Part shown: piece after piece, positions 46,814 through 56,685 of the stretch
Position numbering within the stretch: the first letter of the stretch is position 1
Layout of the letters: every line of letters begins with the position of its first letter
Assembly: GCA_019058015.1 (NCBI GenBank)
Contig: JAHLWH010000024.1
Location: 1-62,479, forward strand
Direction: 5' to 3'
DNA length: 62,479 nt
Source of the DNA: Promethearchaeota archaeon
Lineage (GTDB): Archaea; Asgardarchaeota; Lokiarchaeia; Sigyniarchaeales; SOKP01
Translations under genes and position numbers: made by a program
The notes under the pieces: generated by a model
What the model was told of the DNA's origin: nothing
Databases searched by the model: none
Seen by the model: only the letters and a program-made list of their open reading frames with translations

Positions 46814-47599
46814 GTGGAATTATTAAATAAATTCAATGAAAAGTTAGATATTTTATTAGCTTGGATAAAAACCCAATATGATAAGGCAGAAGATTTTCTC
46901 ACGGATCACCAGAATGTGAAAATATCAATGATTATCACATTAATTGGTTATCATGCTTTATTAATTATTGGCGTAATTATTGCCCAGTTTAATTCTGATT
47001 TTAGTGCAATTGATGGATATAATATATGGGATAATTGGATAAGTGACCTTGGTGGGAGCACTTTTACCCCTATGCCTATTTTCTATGATCTAGCTGCTTG
47101 TTTAGCTGGCACATTAACAATACCTTTAATTTTTTTTATAGAGAAAATCGTGGCGCCGGTTCCTTCTAAACTAGAAGAACTCCATCAATATTCACGATGG
47201 AGATTTAGGTTTTCTAGTTATGGTTTCTTATTTGGACTTATTGGAAATGTTGGATATATATTTGTTGGGTTGTTTTCAGCAGACAGAAATTATTGGGGAT
47301 TACACGGGATCGCAAGTATTTTATCTTTCGGGGGTTTTGTATTTAGTGGATTTTTCTTCGGTTTATGCATTATATTATATAAAACGAGCATTCCTAGAGA
47401 GTTTGGTATTTATATGATTATTGGTCCTCTTTTAACATTAATTTTGTATGAGATGTTACCAGCATATACACCAATATCGAATCCATTCATGGAATGGATG
47501 CTACTTTTTTCTATTCTTGTATGGGTGAATCCACTCTGTATATACACCCTAAGACAGTTTAAAAAAGAGAAAATGCTTCAAAAAAAGTTAATTAAATAA
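46814..47599 (+). CDS. Integral membrane protein (DUF998-like), tandem paralog 1
   Basis: Six or so TM helices. The conserved ISDLGGSTFTPMP is shared with the next ORF. Confidence 0.5.
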   Translation: MELLNKFNEKLDILLAWIKTQYDKAEDFLTDHQNVKISMIITLIGYHALLIIGVIIAQFNSDFSAIDGYNIWDNWISDLGGSTFTPMPIFYDLAACLAGTLTIPLIFFIEKIVAPVPSKLEELHQYSRWRFRFSSYGFLFGLIGNVGYIFVGLFSADRNYWGLHGIASILSFGGFVFSGFFFGLCIILYKTSIPREFGIYMIIGPLLTLILYEMLPAYTPISNPFMEWMLLFSILVWVNPLCIYTLRQFKKEKMLQKKLIK

Positions 47600-47623
47600 A
47601 AATAAATTCAAGAGGAGAAATAA

Positions 47624-48373
47624 TTGAGTAAAAAAGACAAGTTTAAAATGAAAATTAATAATTTTTTCGATTGGTTGCAAAAAAAAGAAGAAAAAATTGA
47701 AGTTTCTTTAACAATTCCTAAAATTGTAAGGATTTCGACAATTGGAGTAACAGTAATTTTTATCTCTGCATTAATTATAGGCGTAATTGTTGCTCAACTT
47801 GACCCTGATGGCTATAATATTATTGATAATTATATAAGCGATCTTGGATCATTTAATCACACTCCTTTACCATATTTTTTGGACTATGGAGCGATGATTT
47901 CAGCATTTTTATCAATCCCCATTATATTTTATATGGAAAAACAATTTGCGCCACTCCCAAAGGATGCAAAAGATTTACAAAATTATTCTCGAATGAGATT
48001 TAGATTAAGTAGTATCGGTTTTCTATGGATGCTTATTGGAGTAGTGGGATTTTTTGGGATTGGATTATTTTCCGAAGATCGTACAACATCATTGGGTTTA
48101 CATATGATATTTTCGATTATTGTATTTAGTGGGTTTGTTATTGCCGGAATTTTTTTTGGATTATTAATCACATTTTATCCTACAAGGATTACAAGACCAA
48201 TTGGGATATTTATGATTTTTGGACCCCCCATTGTAGCAATAATATTTTTATTAAATTTTCCCCCATCAAAACCATTTTGGGAGTGGATGCTTATGATTTC
48301 GATATTTCTTTGGATAATTCCAGTTGGAATAATATTAATTAAAAAAACAAGTAAAAAATTGGATTTAAAATAA
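47624..48373 (+). CDS. Integral membrane protein (DUF998-like), tandem paralog 2
   Basis: ISDLGSFNHTPLP and YSRMRFRLSSIGFL parallel YSRWRFRFSSYGFL in the upstream gene. A GAGGAG RBS precedes the TTG start. Confidence 0.5.
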   Translation: MSKKDKFKMKINNFFDWLQKKEEKIEVSLTIPKIVRISTIGVTVIFISALIIGVIVAQLDPDGYNIIDNYISDLGSFNHTPLPYFLDYGAMISAFLSIPIIFYMEKQFAPLPKDAKDLQNYSRMRFRLSSIGFLWMLIGVVGFFGIGLFSEDRTTSLGLHMIFSIIVFSGFVIAGIFFGLLITFYPTRITRPIGIFMIFGPPIVAIIFLLNFPPSKPFWEWMLMISIFLWIIPVGIILIKKTSKKLDLK

Positions 48374-48394
48374 CTAAAATTAGAAATTCATGTT

Positions 48395-49084
48395 TTAAAT
48401 TGTTAAGTTTGATTCAGGTGTGCCTTTCTTAAAGGGTTTTAGCCTAGGAAATCCTTTTTCAATCATATCGATAATGTTACCATAATTTTTGTTAAATTCG
48501 ATTTCAATATCATCATAAGGAAAATCAATATGTACGCCCCTATCTCCGACATATTCTACAAAAATATTTCCATTAACATCATAAGGAGCAAGAAGTCCGT
48601 CATTTTCCCCATCAAATTCAACCATTGGTAAGAATCCAGCTTTAAGGGCAGTATTTTTATCAAATACAGGAGTAGCCTTAACCCATTTACCATTAAGATA
48701 GAGTTCGGAATATCCATGAAAATAAAATACATTTGTCCCCATTAATTCCACAATTCTTTTGGGAACTAGATGATTTATAATATCGACTATATGAAGTTTG
48801 GCAGGTATCCCGACAGTTCTCGCCAATGTAGATAATAAAATTGCCTTAGATACACAAAATCCGTTATTTCTCCGTATAGTTATACTTGCCTTGAAATTAT
48901 TTTTACGCATGTAAAATGCCATCATGTTATATTTTATTTTATCTCTAACCCAATAAAAAAGAGCAATCGCTTTCTCTTTATCAGTTTTTAAACCTTTAGT
49001 GATTTCAAGGGCTTTCTCTCTAACATTGCGCTTATTAAAATTAAAAAATTCAGTTGGTTGTAAATATTGTTCTAATTTATTCAT
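48395..49084 (-). CDS. Transglutaminase-like cysteine protease-fold protein
   Basis: GFCVSKAILLSTLARTVGIPAKLH (catalytic Cys context), then HGYSELYLNGKWV and D (Cys-His-Asp order). Confidence 0.65.
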   Translation of the reverse strand: MNKLEQYLQPTEFFNFNKRNVREKALEITKGLKTDKEKAIALFYWVRDKIKYNMMAFYMRKNNFKASITIRRNNGFCVSKAILLSTLARTVGIPAKLHIVDIINHLVPKRIVELMGTNVFYFHGYSELYLNGKWVKATPVFDKNTALKAGFLPMVEFDGENDGLLAPYDVNGNIFVEYVGDRGVHIDFPYDDIEIEFNKNYGNIIDMIEKGFPRLKPFKKGTPESNLTI

Positions 49085-49241
49085 AACCCGATTTATTAAA
49101 TTGTGAATAAAAAATAAATATTATTAATATTTTTAGTAATTGCTTAGGGAGTCTTGATTTATTATTCTAAATTAATTTACCTTTAGTTTATAAATATTTA
49201 AAGGAAAAGAAAATGATTGACTCAAGTAAAATTAAAAAATT

Positions 49242-51098
49242 TTAATGATCCTGCAATAAATGTTGAAGATATCGTTGCGCAATCAAGTCTGAACTAACTT
49301 TACCTAAAACTTTTCCTTCTTTTACAACTGGCATAGCTGAAATTTGATATTGTTCAAACTCTCGTACAATATCCAGAATAGTAAAATCTGGAGAGGCTGT
49401 AATAACATCCTTTGTCATTATTTTATCAAGATTAACATCACCAACTTCATCAGCATTAGATTTAGTAATATCCCATACTGTTACCACTCCTACGAGCTTA
49501 TCTTCAGAAAGTACAGCAATAATACTGCTATTTTTTTCAACGATCAATGTAGAAGCCTCTTGTATACTGCTATTAACATCAATGGTGGGAATAGGAATCA
49601 TGATGTCTTTTGCTGTGCGTTCACTTTCTTTTGCGGTGAGACGTTGAAGGCTGATACGCTCAGCAGCTACACAAGGGAGCATATCTGGGTTTGATATTAA
49701 TAAATCAACCAATTCAATCATGTTATGGTGAATAACATTTTCTCTATATTCCTCTCCTGCTTTCAAACGTTGTTTTGACAGTTCGGCAAATTCTTTAGTA
49801 TGATCTGTTAGCCATTTTTCCACTGCTTCACGATCACCTAACATTTCCTCGGGAACTTGTAAATGGTCTGGTGTCTTTACAATATGTTCCTGCGCAGCAA
49901 AAATTACACCGCCTGAATTTACCAAATAATCATTTGCTATCATCACACCTTTTTCACGATACACAATTTGTTCCATTCGGGTTCGAGCAGCTTTTCTGTT
50001 TGGATCTGGGGAGTAAGTATTTGCACCTTCAATAATTACTGTCCAGTTTCCCACATGATCAACTGTTGTTGATGCATTTTCAGATGGATGAACACCCAGA
50101 TAATTAAATATAGGAGCGGCAGGCACTAAACAAAAAGCATTTTCGAGAAGTAGATTATTTGGATTTGTAGAAAATTTAGTAGGATGCTTATATCCCTCTA
50201 ACATTATATTTTTTTTAAAATAAGCATTAGTAACTAAGCCCTGTTCTCTCCATAATTTGAAAAGGTCCTCAATTGGAAGGCCAGATTTATTATATAAATA
50301 ACCCTCCAAATCACTTATACCTATTATTTTGACTTCAGGAATACGTTCTTTCAAAATACGTGCCGCATGTGCGCCAACAGCACCAAAACCTTGTATTAAT
50401 ATTTCAAGATCTTTAGATTCTGGAATTTCTAAATTTACAAATTGTGGAAGCACTCTCAATCTAGGCATTATTTCCAGTAATGTTTGCAGAGCAATTATTA
50501 CACCGCCAGCAGCAGCTCCAAGTTCATCAATTCTATTGCCACCCATATCAGCAGGTTTAGATACTGCACTATCCAATCCATTTTCTATAGCTATAGTCTT
50601 CATATCAGCATCATTAGTCCCAACATCAGGTCCTGGTATATAAACATCTCTATAACGGCGAATTAAGCGAGCAATACCTCGCACCACTTCAACATGTTCC
50701 TCAGATGAGAGATTGCTTTCAGCTACAATCCCTAATTTTCCACCACCATAGGGAAGATTAGCAGCTCCATTTTTTAAAGTCATACCTCGTGCTAAATTAT
50801 AAATATCAGACGGAGAAACATTTGGTAACATTCTAATACCACCCATTGATGGGCGTCCCATTGAAAGGTTATCAACTACTAAATATCCGCCAATTTCCAA
50901 TTCTGATCTCTCATCCCATATACATGCAACAAGATCTGGACCAATTTTATCGCAAACAATTCCTATGCCGGATAGAAGATTTTCATCTGTATGAGAAAAT
51001 TCCAAATAACATTTCCCATCCTCTTTTTTAAGCCGATTCATAATAGCTGCCTTCGGAAGATGAGAACGAAGATAAGCATCCATTTTTTTTGGAATCAT
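49242..51098 (-). CDS. Glu/Leu/Phe/Val dehydrogenase family enzyme fused to a C-terminal CBS pair
   Basis: GGIRMLPNV...MTLKNGAANLPYGGGKLGI is the catalytic Lys motif, and IQGFGAVGAHAA is the Rossmann motif. The C-terminus has two CBS-like repeats (IIAVLSEDKLVGVVTVWDI; ISAMPVVKEGKVLGKVSSDLI). Confidence 0.8.
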   Translation of the reverse strand: MIPKKMDAYLRSHLPKAAIMNRLKKEDGKCYLEFSHTDENLLSGIGIVCDKIGPDLVACIWDERSELEIGGYLVVDNLSMGRPSMGGIRMLPNVSPSDIYNLARGMTLKNGAANLPYGGGKLGIVAESNLSSEEHVEVVRGIARLIRRYRDVYIPGPDVGTNDADMKTIAIENGLDSAVSKPADMGGNRIDELGAAAGGVIIALQTLLEIMPRLRVLPQFVNLEIPESKDLEILIQGFGAVGAHAARILKERIPEVKIIGISDLEGYLYNKSGLPIEDLFKLWREQGLVTNAYFKKNIMLEGYKHPTKFSTNPNNLLLENAFCLVPAAPIFNYLGVHPSENASTTVDHVGNWTVIIEGANTYSPDPNRKAARTRMEQIVYREKGVMIANDYLVNSGGVIFAAQEHIVKTPDHLQVPEEMLGDREAVEKWLTDHTKEFAELSKQRLKAGEEYRENVIHHNMIELVDLLISNPDMLPCVAAERISLQRLTAKESERTAKDIMIPIPTIDVNSSIQEASTLIVEKNSSIIAVLSEDKLVGVVTVWDITKSNADEVGDVNLDKIMTKDVITASPDFTILDIVREFEQYQISAMPVVKEGKVLGKVSSDLIAQRYLQHLLQDH

Positions 51099-51384
51099 AT
51101 GATTTCTTTCCTTTTATGATAATTTATTTGTTAAAAAAATATGATAAATGATCTATGCAACTTCTTTATAGATCATAATATTTGAGTCTAATTACTTTTT
51201 TGTTCTATTTACAAATATGGGATTTATTAATTTAAAAAATTTGGTCTTATCCCCCTTATTTCCCATATTTAGAAAGTTTTAAACACTCTTATCCTAATTG
51301 GCAAGTTATGTTTCCTATCTGATATATGTAAAAAAAATTGGATTGCAAGAGTCTATTTATATCTGGAAAAAAAAATTGTATTAT

Positions 51385-52143
51385 TCAAGGAATACTAAAG
51401 ATTTGAATGAACATTAAAATGGGTCCAAGCGCATTACCTATAACATGGATAATCATACCTAGATAGAGGTTTCTTTTCCACCATATCACAATTGCCAAGG
51501 GGAATCCCATTAAAATTAAAGTTGGAATTCGCCAAGGCATCCAGAGATGATAAAGAGAATTGAGCGCAACATTAATAAATACGCCCCATATTTTCAGCTG
51601 GGAAAGCCGTGGTAGTAGATATCCGCGAAAAAATAATTCCTCTATGATAGGACCTATAAAACCGTTAAATACAAGACTCAAAATATTTATTGTAAGTAAA
51701 ATGGTTTTTGAATATTCAAGAGATATTGATAAGATAAACCAATCAGGAAGCCAAGAAAACAAAGTATTAAAAATAAAGTTATCTATAGGCGGAGCAACCA
51801 CCATAGTGATAAAAAGGGCATAAAAAAGAAATAAAGGGAGAATTATAACATACTGCTTTAAAGGTATTGATTCTCTATAAAATACAATTCCAATAAGGGA
51901 GATTTTTTTGTTCTTTTTCATACCGAGAAATAATAAAAAACCAAGCTCGACGGGAATAAGAACACATATGCCAGCAATTAGAAAAGCAAATCTCGAGGGG
52001 AAACCAATCGAATTACTTATAGGAATGAACATTATGTAAGCAATAGTAATCAAAATTCCAGGCGTTAAATGTAATATAATAGATTTTATTAGGGAATCTT
52101 GAGGATATTTAGAACCTTTTATGCTTATGTTGTTATTAACCAT
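51385..52143 (-). CDS. CPBP-family intramembrane glutamic protease (CAAX protease-like)
   Basis: EELFFRGYL, LNSLYHLW and IHVIGNAL in a polytopic membrane protein. Confidence 0.75.
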   Translation of the reverse strand: MVNNNISIKGSKYPQDSLIKSIILHLTPGILITIAYIMFIPISNSIGFPSRFAFLIAGICVLIPVELGFLLFLGMKKNKKISLIGIVFYRESIPLKQYVIILPLFLFYALFITMVVAPPIDNFIFNTLFSWLPDWFILSISLEYSKTILLTINILSLVFNGFIGPIIEELFFRGYLLPRLSQLKIWGVFINVALNSLYHLWMPWRIPTLILMGFPLAIVIWWKRNLYLGMIIHVIGNALGPILMFIQIFSIP

Positions 52144-52227
52144 TTATACTTCCCTACAAATTAAAAAAGATTTACATAAAAATTATTTTACTTAAATTTC
52201 TATTCAATTTTCAAAAAAATTATCTAT

Positions 52228-53733
52228 TTAAAAATTAAATTTACCTCTACTCAATATAAATTTGGGATCGAGAGTCTTTTTTATTTTTTTCAAAAAATCA
52301 TAATATTCTTTTGGATATGCCCCTATCTCAACCATCAATCTGCTCATCATCGCACCCATCATATACCATTGCACTCCATGTTTAGTAACCCTTTCAAGAA
52401 TAGATTTCCATAATTTAAGGTTAATTTCCCTTATAATATCATAGTTCTTCCCATTAACATAGCTTGCGAAGCTTGTAAAGCCACAAGTAAGCTCAACATT
52501 ATTGCCATCAACTAATATGATTGGACCGCTACCCGTAATTGGACGTAAACCCGTAATATCTAAAATTTTTTTCATATCCTCGGAATGCTCCATATCCCAT
52601 TGATCTAAATCTTTCAATATCCCTGGATAAAAATTAATTGGAGTATGGCACTCCGCATCTAATGGCTCAAATCCGGGGACTACACCCCAGAGGTTATGGG
52701 CAAATAAATAGTGCCCCTGTTGGCAATAATGCCATTTTGCGAAATTGCCATCCGCAATCTCTGGACCTAACTCTTCGGCTTTATTACTTAAAAGAATATT
52801 ATCTAATTGCTTTGTTTTTTCTTCCAATTCTACCTCTGAATTTGCTTCTATAACGTAAAAAAAGACTCCACGCTTTCTTTTTAAGTTGTCCCACAAGGGA
52901 AATAAACCATATTGACAACCTACTGATACGAGAAGATCCATAATATATATTGCATCATAAACATCAACTCCTTTTTGTCTTATTTCTGTGAAAATCTTAG
53001 CAGATGTTTCAACTGATTTTCGAGGTAGCAAAAAGGTTTTATAATTAGCATAAGGTGGTCTTGGAAAAACTTGCAATGTAACCTTTGTTTTAACCCCAAA
53101 ACATCCATTATCACCACAGAATAAACTTGCTAGGTCAGGTCCATTACCAAATCGATTGAATGGAAACTTCGAAAATTTATTAGCTTGAGAACCAGTTTCA
53201 ATTATTTCTCCAGTTGGAAGGACAACCTCCAAGGAAACGAGTTGATTTGTACAGGCTCCATACTTGGCACAGCCACCACCACCAACACTATGATGTGAAA
53301 TGCCTCCACCAACAGAAGCGGTCAAACCACTTCCTGGGCCCATGCACCCTGTGTAAAGCCCAAATTGAGATAAATATTCATTTAATTTTGACCAAGATAT
53401 ACCTGCTTCCACAGTAACAAGAAGATTTTCTTCATCTAAATTAATAATATTTTCCATTCTTTTCATATCCAGGACAATTCCACCATCTCCAATAGGCTTA
53501 CTTCCACCAAACTCGCAGCATCCGGCCCCTCGTGGAATAACAGGTATATTCTCCCCATTTGCGACTTTTAAAATTTCAGAGATTTCCTTGGCGTCTTTAG
53601 GTCTTACTACATATTCAGTAATCCCCTGTAGAACAGGATCGACATTGCGACTATAGGCATGCCGCATATATAGATCATTCGAGACAAATTTTTCTGATAA
53701 AATTTTTTTTAATTTTTGATATACTTCAGACAT
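52228..53733 (-). CDS. FAD-binding (FAD_binding_4 / GlcD-like) oxidoreductase, paralog A
   Basis: The PCMH-type FAD domain includes NIPVIPRGAGCCEFGGS and GGGISHHSVG. Confidence 0.7.
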   Translation of the reverse strand: MSEVYQKLKKILSEKFVSNDLYMRHAYSRNVDPVLQGITEYVVRPKDAKEISEILKVANGENIPVIPRGAGCCEFGGSKPIGDGGIVLDMKRMENIINLDEENLLVTVEAGISWSKLNEYLSQFGLYTGCMGPGSGLTASVGGGISHHSVGGGGCAKYGACTNQLVSLEVVLPTGEIIETGSQANKFSKFPFNRFGNGPDLASLFCGDNGCFGVKTKVTLQVFPRPPYANYKTFLLPRKSVETSAKIFTEIRQKGVDVYDAIYIMDLLVSVGCQYGLFPLWDNLKRKRGVFFYVIEANSEVELEEKTKQLDNILLSNKAEELGPEIADGNFAKWHYCQQGHYLFAHNLWGVVPGFEPLDAECHTPINFYPGILKDLDQWDMEHSEDMKKILDITGLRPITGSGPIILVDGNNVELTCGFTSFASYVNGKNYDIIREINLKLWKSILERVTKHGVQWYMMGAMMSRLMVEIGAYPKEYYDFLKKIKKTLDPKFILSRGKFNF

Positions 53734-53792
53734 ATTTCATTCCTTAGAAAAATCTTAAAAAATTTTAAAAAATAAAATTTGATTTAAATATT

Positions 53793-55016
53793 TTATATTT
53801 TTGTAGCAATGTAATCAATGATATCTAATACTTTCATATTTGGGTTTTCTTTTTTTACACTATCTGCTAAATTTTCAACGCAAAATGGACATTCTGTAAG
53901 CAATATATCTATACCGGATTCAACTGCCTCATCAATTCTCTCTTTTGCAATCTCCAAAGCTAATTCAGGAAATTGACTTTTTACTCCGCCTCCAGCGCCG
54001 CAACACCATGCATTATTTCTATTTCGCCTTAATTCAATCATTTCTGTATTTGGTATTTTTGCAATAACTTCTCGAGGTGGCTCGTAAAAATCCATATGCC
54101 GACCTAAATGACAAGGGTCGTGATAAGCAACTTTTATTGTTTCAATATCTTTTTCAGGAATTTGTAAACTTCCATCGTTGATTAAATCTAAAAGAACTTC
54201 TGTAACATTAACAACTTCAAATGGTAAATCTTGACCAAGTATTTCAGGCCAATCCTTTTTTAAAGTCCTATAACATCCTGCACACGCCACAAATACCTTT
54301 TTTGCTCCAGTTTTTTTAATTTGTTCTATATTATGCTCAATATTTGGTTTTACAGCTTCAACATCACCGATACGTAGTGCAATAGAACCGCAGCACCATT
54401 CATCTTCTATGACAGCAAATTCTTTTCCTGCCGAATTAAAAACTTTGGCTAGATTTAATAAAGTTTCCTTTTGTCTTAGCGGTTCAGTACAACCAGTATA
54501 AAAAGCGAGATTCCCTGTTTTAGAAACTCCTTTAACATCATTGAGCCACTCAAACTTTTTCTCTTTAGGCTCACCATAAGGATTTCGCATATCTGGATTA
54601 TTCATATATTCAATTAATTTGGCATGTCGGTCCAATGGTGCAAAACCTGCTTTAATTAAGTCTTGCCTTAATGCATGCCATACTTCTACATGGTCAATCC
54701 ATTTTGAGGTATTAAGAATAATATATGGATTATGTGATTCATGACATGTATCTGTACATGAACCGCATTCAGAACATTGATAAACAAATTCTGCCAGCTC
54801 CTTACTCAAATCAAGGCTTCCTTCTAAAATACTTTTGAGAACATTCATTCTACCTCGGGAAAACCATATTTCAAAACCTTCTTCCCCTTTAGCTTCTTTT
54901 ACTGGACAAACTAAATATCTCCCCACCGCTGGTCTTATGGCAAAGCCACAATCACCGCACCCCATGCAGCTGAAAATGGCTTCCCATTGTTTTTTTAAAT
55001 TATCTATTTTACTCAT
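53793..55016 (-). CDS. Fe-S oxidoreductase with ferredoxin-like N-terminus and CCG domains (GlcF / HdrD-like)
   Basis: CMGCGDCGF...CP, CSECGSCTDTC, WCCGS, CAGCY, WCCGAGGG and CPFC. Confidence 0.75.
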   Translation of the reverse strand: MSKIDNLKKQWEAIFSCMGCGDCGFAIRPAVGRYLVCPVKEAKGEEGFEIWFSRGRMNVLKSILEGSLDLSKELAEFVYQCSECGSCTDTCHESHNPYIILNTSKWIDHVEVWHALRQDLIKAGFAPLDRHAKLIEYMNNPDMRNPYGEPKEKKFEWLNDVKGVSKTGNLAFYTGCTEPLRQKETLLNLAKVFNSAGKEFAVIEDEWCCGSIALRIGDVEAVKPNIEHNIEQIKKTGAKKVFVACAGCYRTLKKDWPEILGQDLPFEVVNVTEVLLDLINDGSLQIPEKDIETIKVAYHDPCHLGRHMDFYEPPREVIAKIPNTEMIELRRNRNNAWCCGAGGGVKSQFPELALEIAKERIDEAVESGIDILLTECPFCVENLADSVKKENPNMKVLDIIDYIATKI

Positions 55017-55019
55017 CTT

Positions 55020-56534
55020 TTAATCATCCTCCCAAAAATCAAATTTCCCACTACTTAAAATCTTGTGTGGAGCGAGGGTTTTTTTAATAGATTTCATAAG
55101 GTTATAATATTCTGAAGTATAGGCACCAACTTCAACCATAAGACGAGAGGGAATGTTACCCATCATATAAAATTGGACGCCATGTTTTAAAACCAAGGTT
55201 AAAAGTGATTTCCATAATTTAAGATTGATATCTTTGATAATTTCATGGTATTCTCCATCATGATAACATCCAAAAGTTGTAAATCCGCAAGTTAATTCTA
55301 CATTATTACCATTAACTAATGGAACAACTCCAGTTCCACTAATTGGACGAAATCCAGCTATTTTCTCGATTTTTTTCATGTTTTCTTCATTTTCCATATC
55401 CCATACTTCGATATCTTTGAGAATTTTGGGAAAAGAATTTATTGGTGTAAAGCATTCCGTAGTTATATTTTCAAAAACAGGTATTATACCCCAGCAATTA
55501 TGATATGTCTGCCATTGTCCTTCGGTATATTGCCATTTGGCAAAATTCCCATTAGAAATTTCTGGACCTAAATCTTCACACTTTTTATTCAAAAAAATTT
55601 TGTCTAGTTGTTTAACTTTCTCTTCTAATTCTTGTTCAGAATTTGCTTCTACGACATAAAAGACAATACCCCTCTTTCTTTTCAGATGCTCAAACATTGG
55701 ATACATTCCGAATGTATTAGTACCAAGTTTTATAAGGATCTCATCAATATACATGGCATCATAAACGTCTATTCCTTTTTGTCTTATTTCAGTAAAAATT
55801 TGAGCAACAACTTCAGCTGAATTCCGCGGACACAGGAATGTTTTATAATTCGCAAAGGGAGGTTTTGGAAATACTTGTAAAGAAACCGTAGTTTTAACGC
55901 CATAAATTCCGTTATCTCCACAAAATAGTCCTGTTAGATCAGGCCCGTTGCCAAATCTGTTGAAGGGAAACTTTGAAAATTTATTAGCTTGAGATCCTGT
56001 CTCAATTATTTCACCTGTGGGAAGGACTACTTCCAAAGAGACGAGTTGGTTTGTGCAAGCTCCATATTTAGCACATCCACCAGCACCCACAGAGTGATGA
56101 GAGATTCCACCACCAATTGAAGCAGTTAAACCACTTCCTGGACCCATACAACCAGTATAAAGTCCAAACCGAGATAAATATTCATTTAATTTTCCCCATG
56201 AAATTCCAGCCTCTACCGTGCAAATAAGATTCTCTTCATCAAGATTCACGATATTATCCATTCTTTTCATATCTAAGATAATTCCGACATCTCCAGTTGC
56301 TATACTGCCTCCCCATTCACAATCTCCACCACCACGTGGTATAACGGGAATATTTTCTTCATTGGCTATTTTTAGGATTTCTGATATTTCCTTAGCATCT
56401 TTTGGTCTAACTACATATTCTGGAACGCCTTGTAGATCCGGATGTACATTTCGACTGTAGGCATGGCGCACGTAAATATCATCAGAAGCAAATTTTTCAG
56501 TAACAATATTTTGTAATTTTTGTATTAAAGTCAT
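55020..56534 (-). CDS. FAD-binding (GlcD-like) oxidoreductase, paralog B
   Basis: Colinear with 52228-53733 and near-identical over GGISHHSVG.GGCAKYGACTNQLVSLEVVLPTGEIIETGSQANKFSKFPFNRFGNGPDL. Confidence 0.7.
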   Translation of the reverse strand: MTLIQKLQNIVTEKFASDDIYVRHAYSRNVHPDLQGVPEYVVRPKDAKEISEILKIANEENIPVIPRGGGDCEWGGSIATGDVGIILDMKRMDNIVNLDEENLICTVEAGISWGKLNEYLSRFGLYTGCMGPGSGLTASIGGGISHHSVGAGGCAKYGACTNQLVSLEVVLPTGEIIETGSQANKFSKFPFNRFGNGPDLTGLFCGDNGIYGVKTTVSLQVFPKPPFANYKTFLCPRNSAEVVAQIFTEIRQKGIDVYDAMYIDEILIKLGTNTFGMYPMFEHLKRKRGIVFYVVEANSEQELEEKVKQLDKIFLNKKCEDLGPEISNGNFAKWQYTEGQWQTYHNCWGIIPVFENITTECFTPINSFPKILKDIEVWDMENEENMKKIEKIAGFRPISGTGVVPLVNGNNVELTCGFTTFGCYHDGEYHEIIKDINLKLWKSLLTLVLKHGVQFYMMGNIPSRLMVEVGAYTSEYYNLMKSIKKTLAPHKILSSGKFDFWEDD

Positions 56535-56685
56535 AATTATATGATTAGATAAAAAGAAATAAAAGGTTTAATTTTTTAAAAAATATTTTTCAATTTATTC
56601 CCGATGTTTTAGTTTAATAGCGATGTTTTAATTAAAAATTTAATATTCAATAAATTAGAAATAATAAATTTTAGAAGGTTAAATA

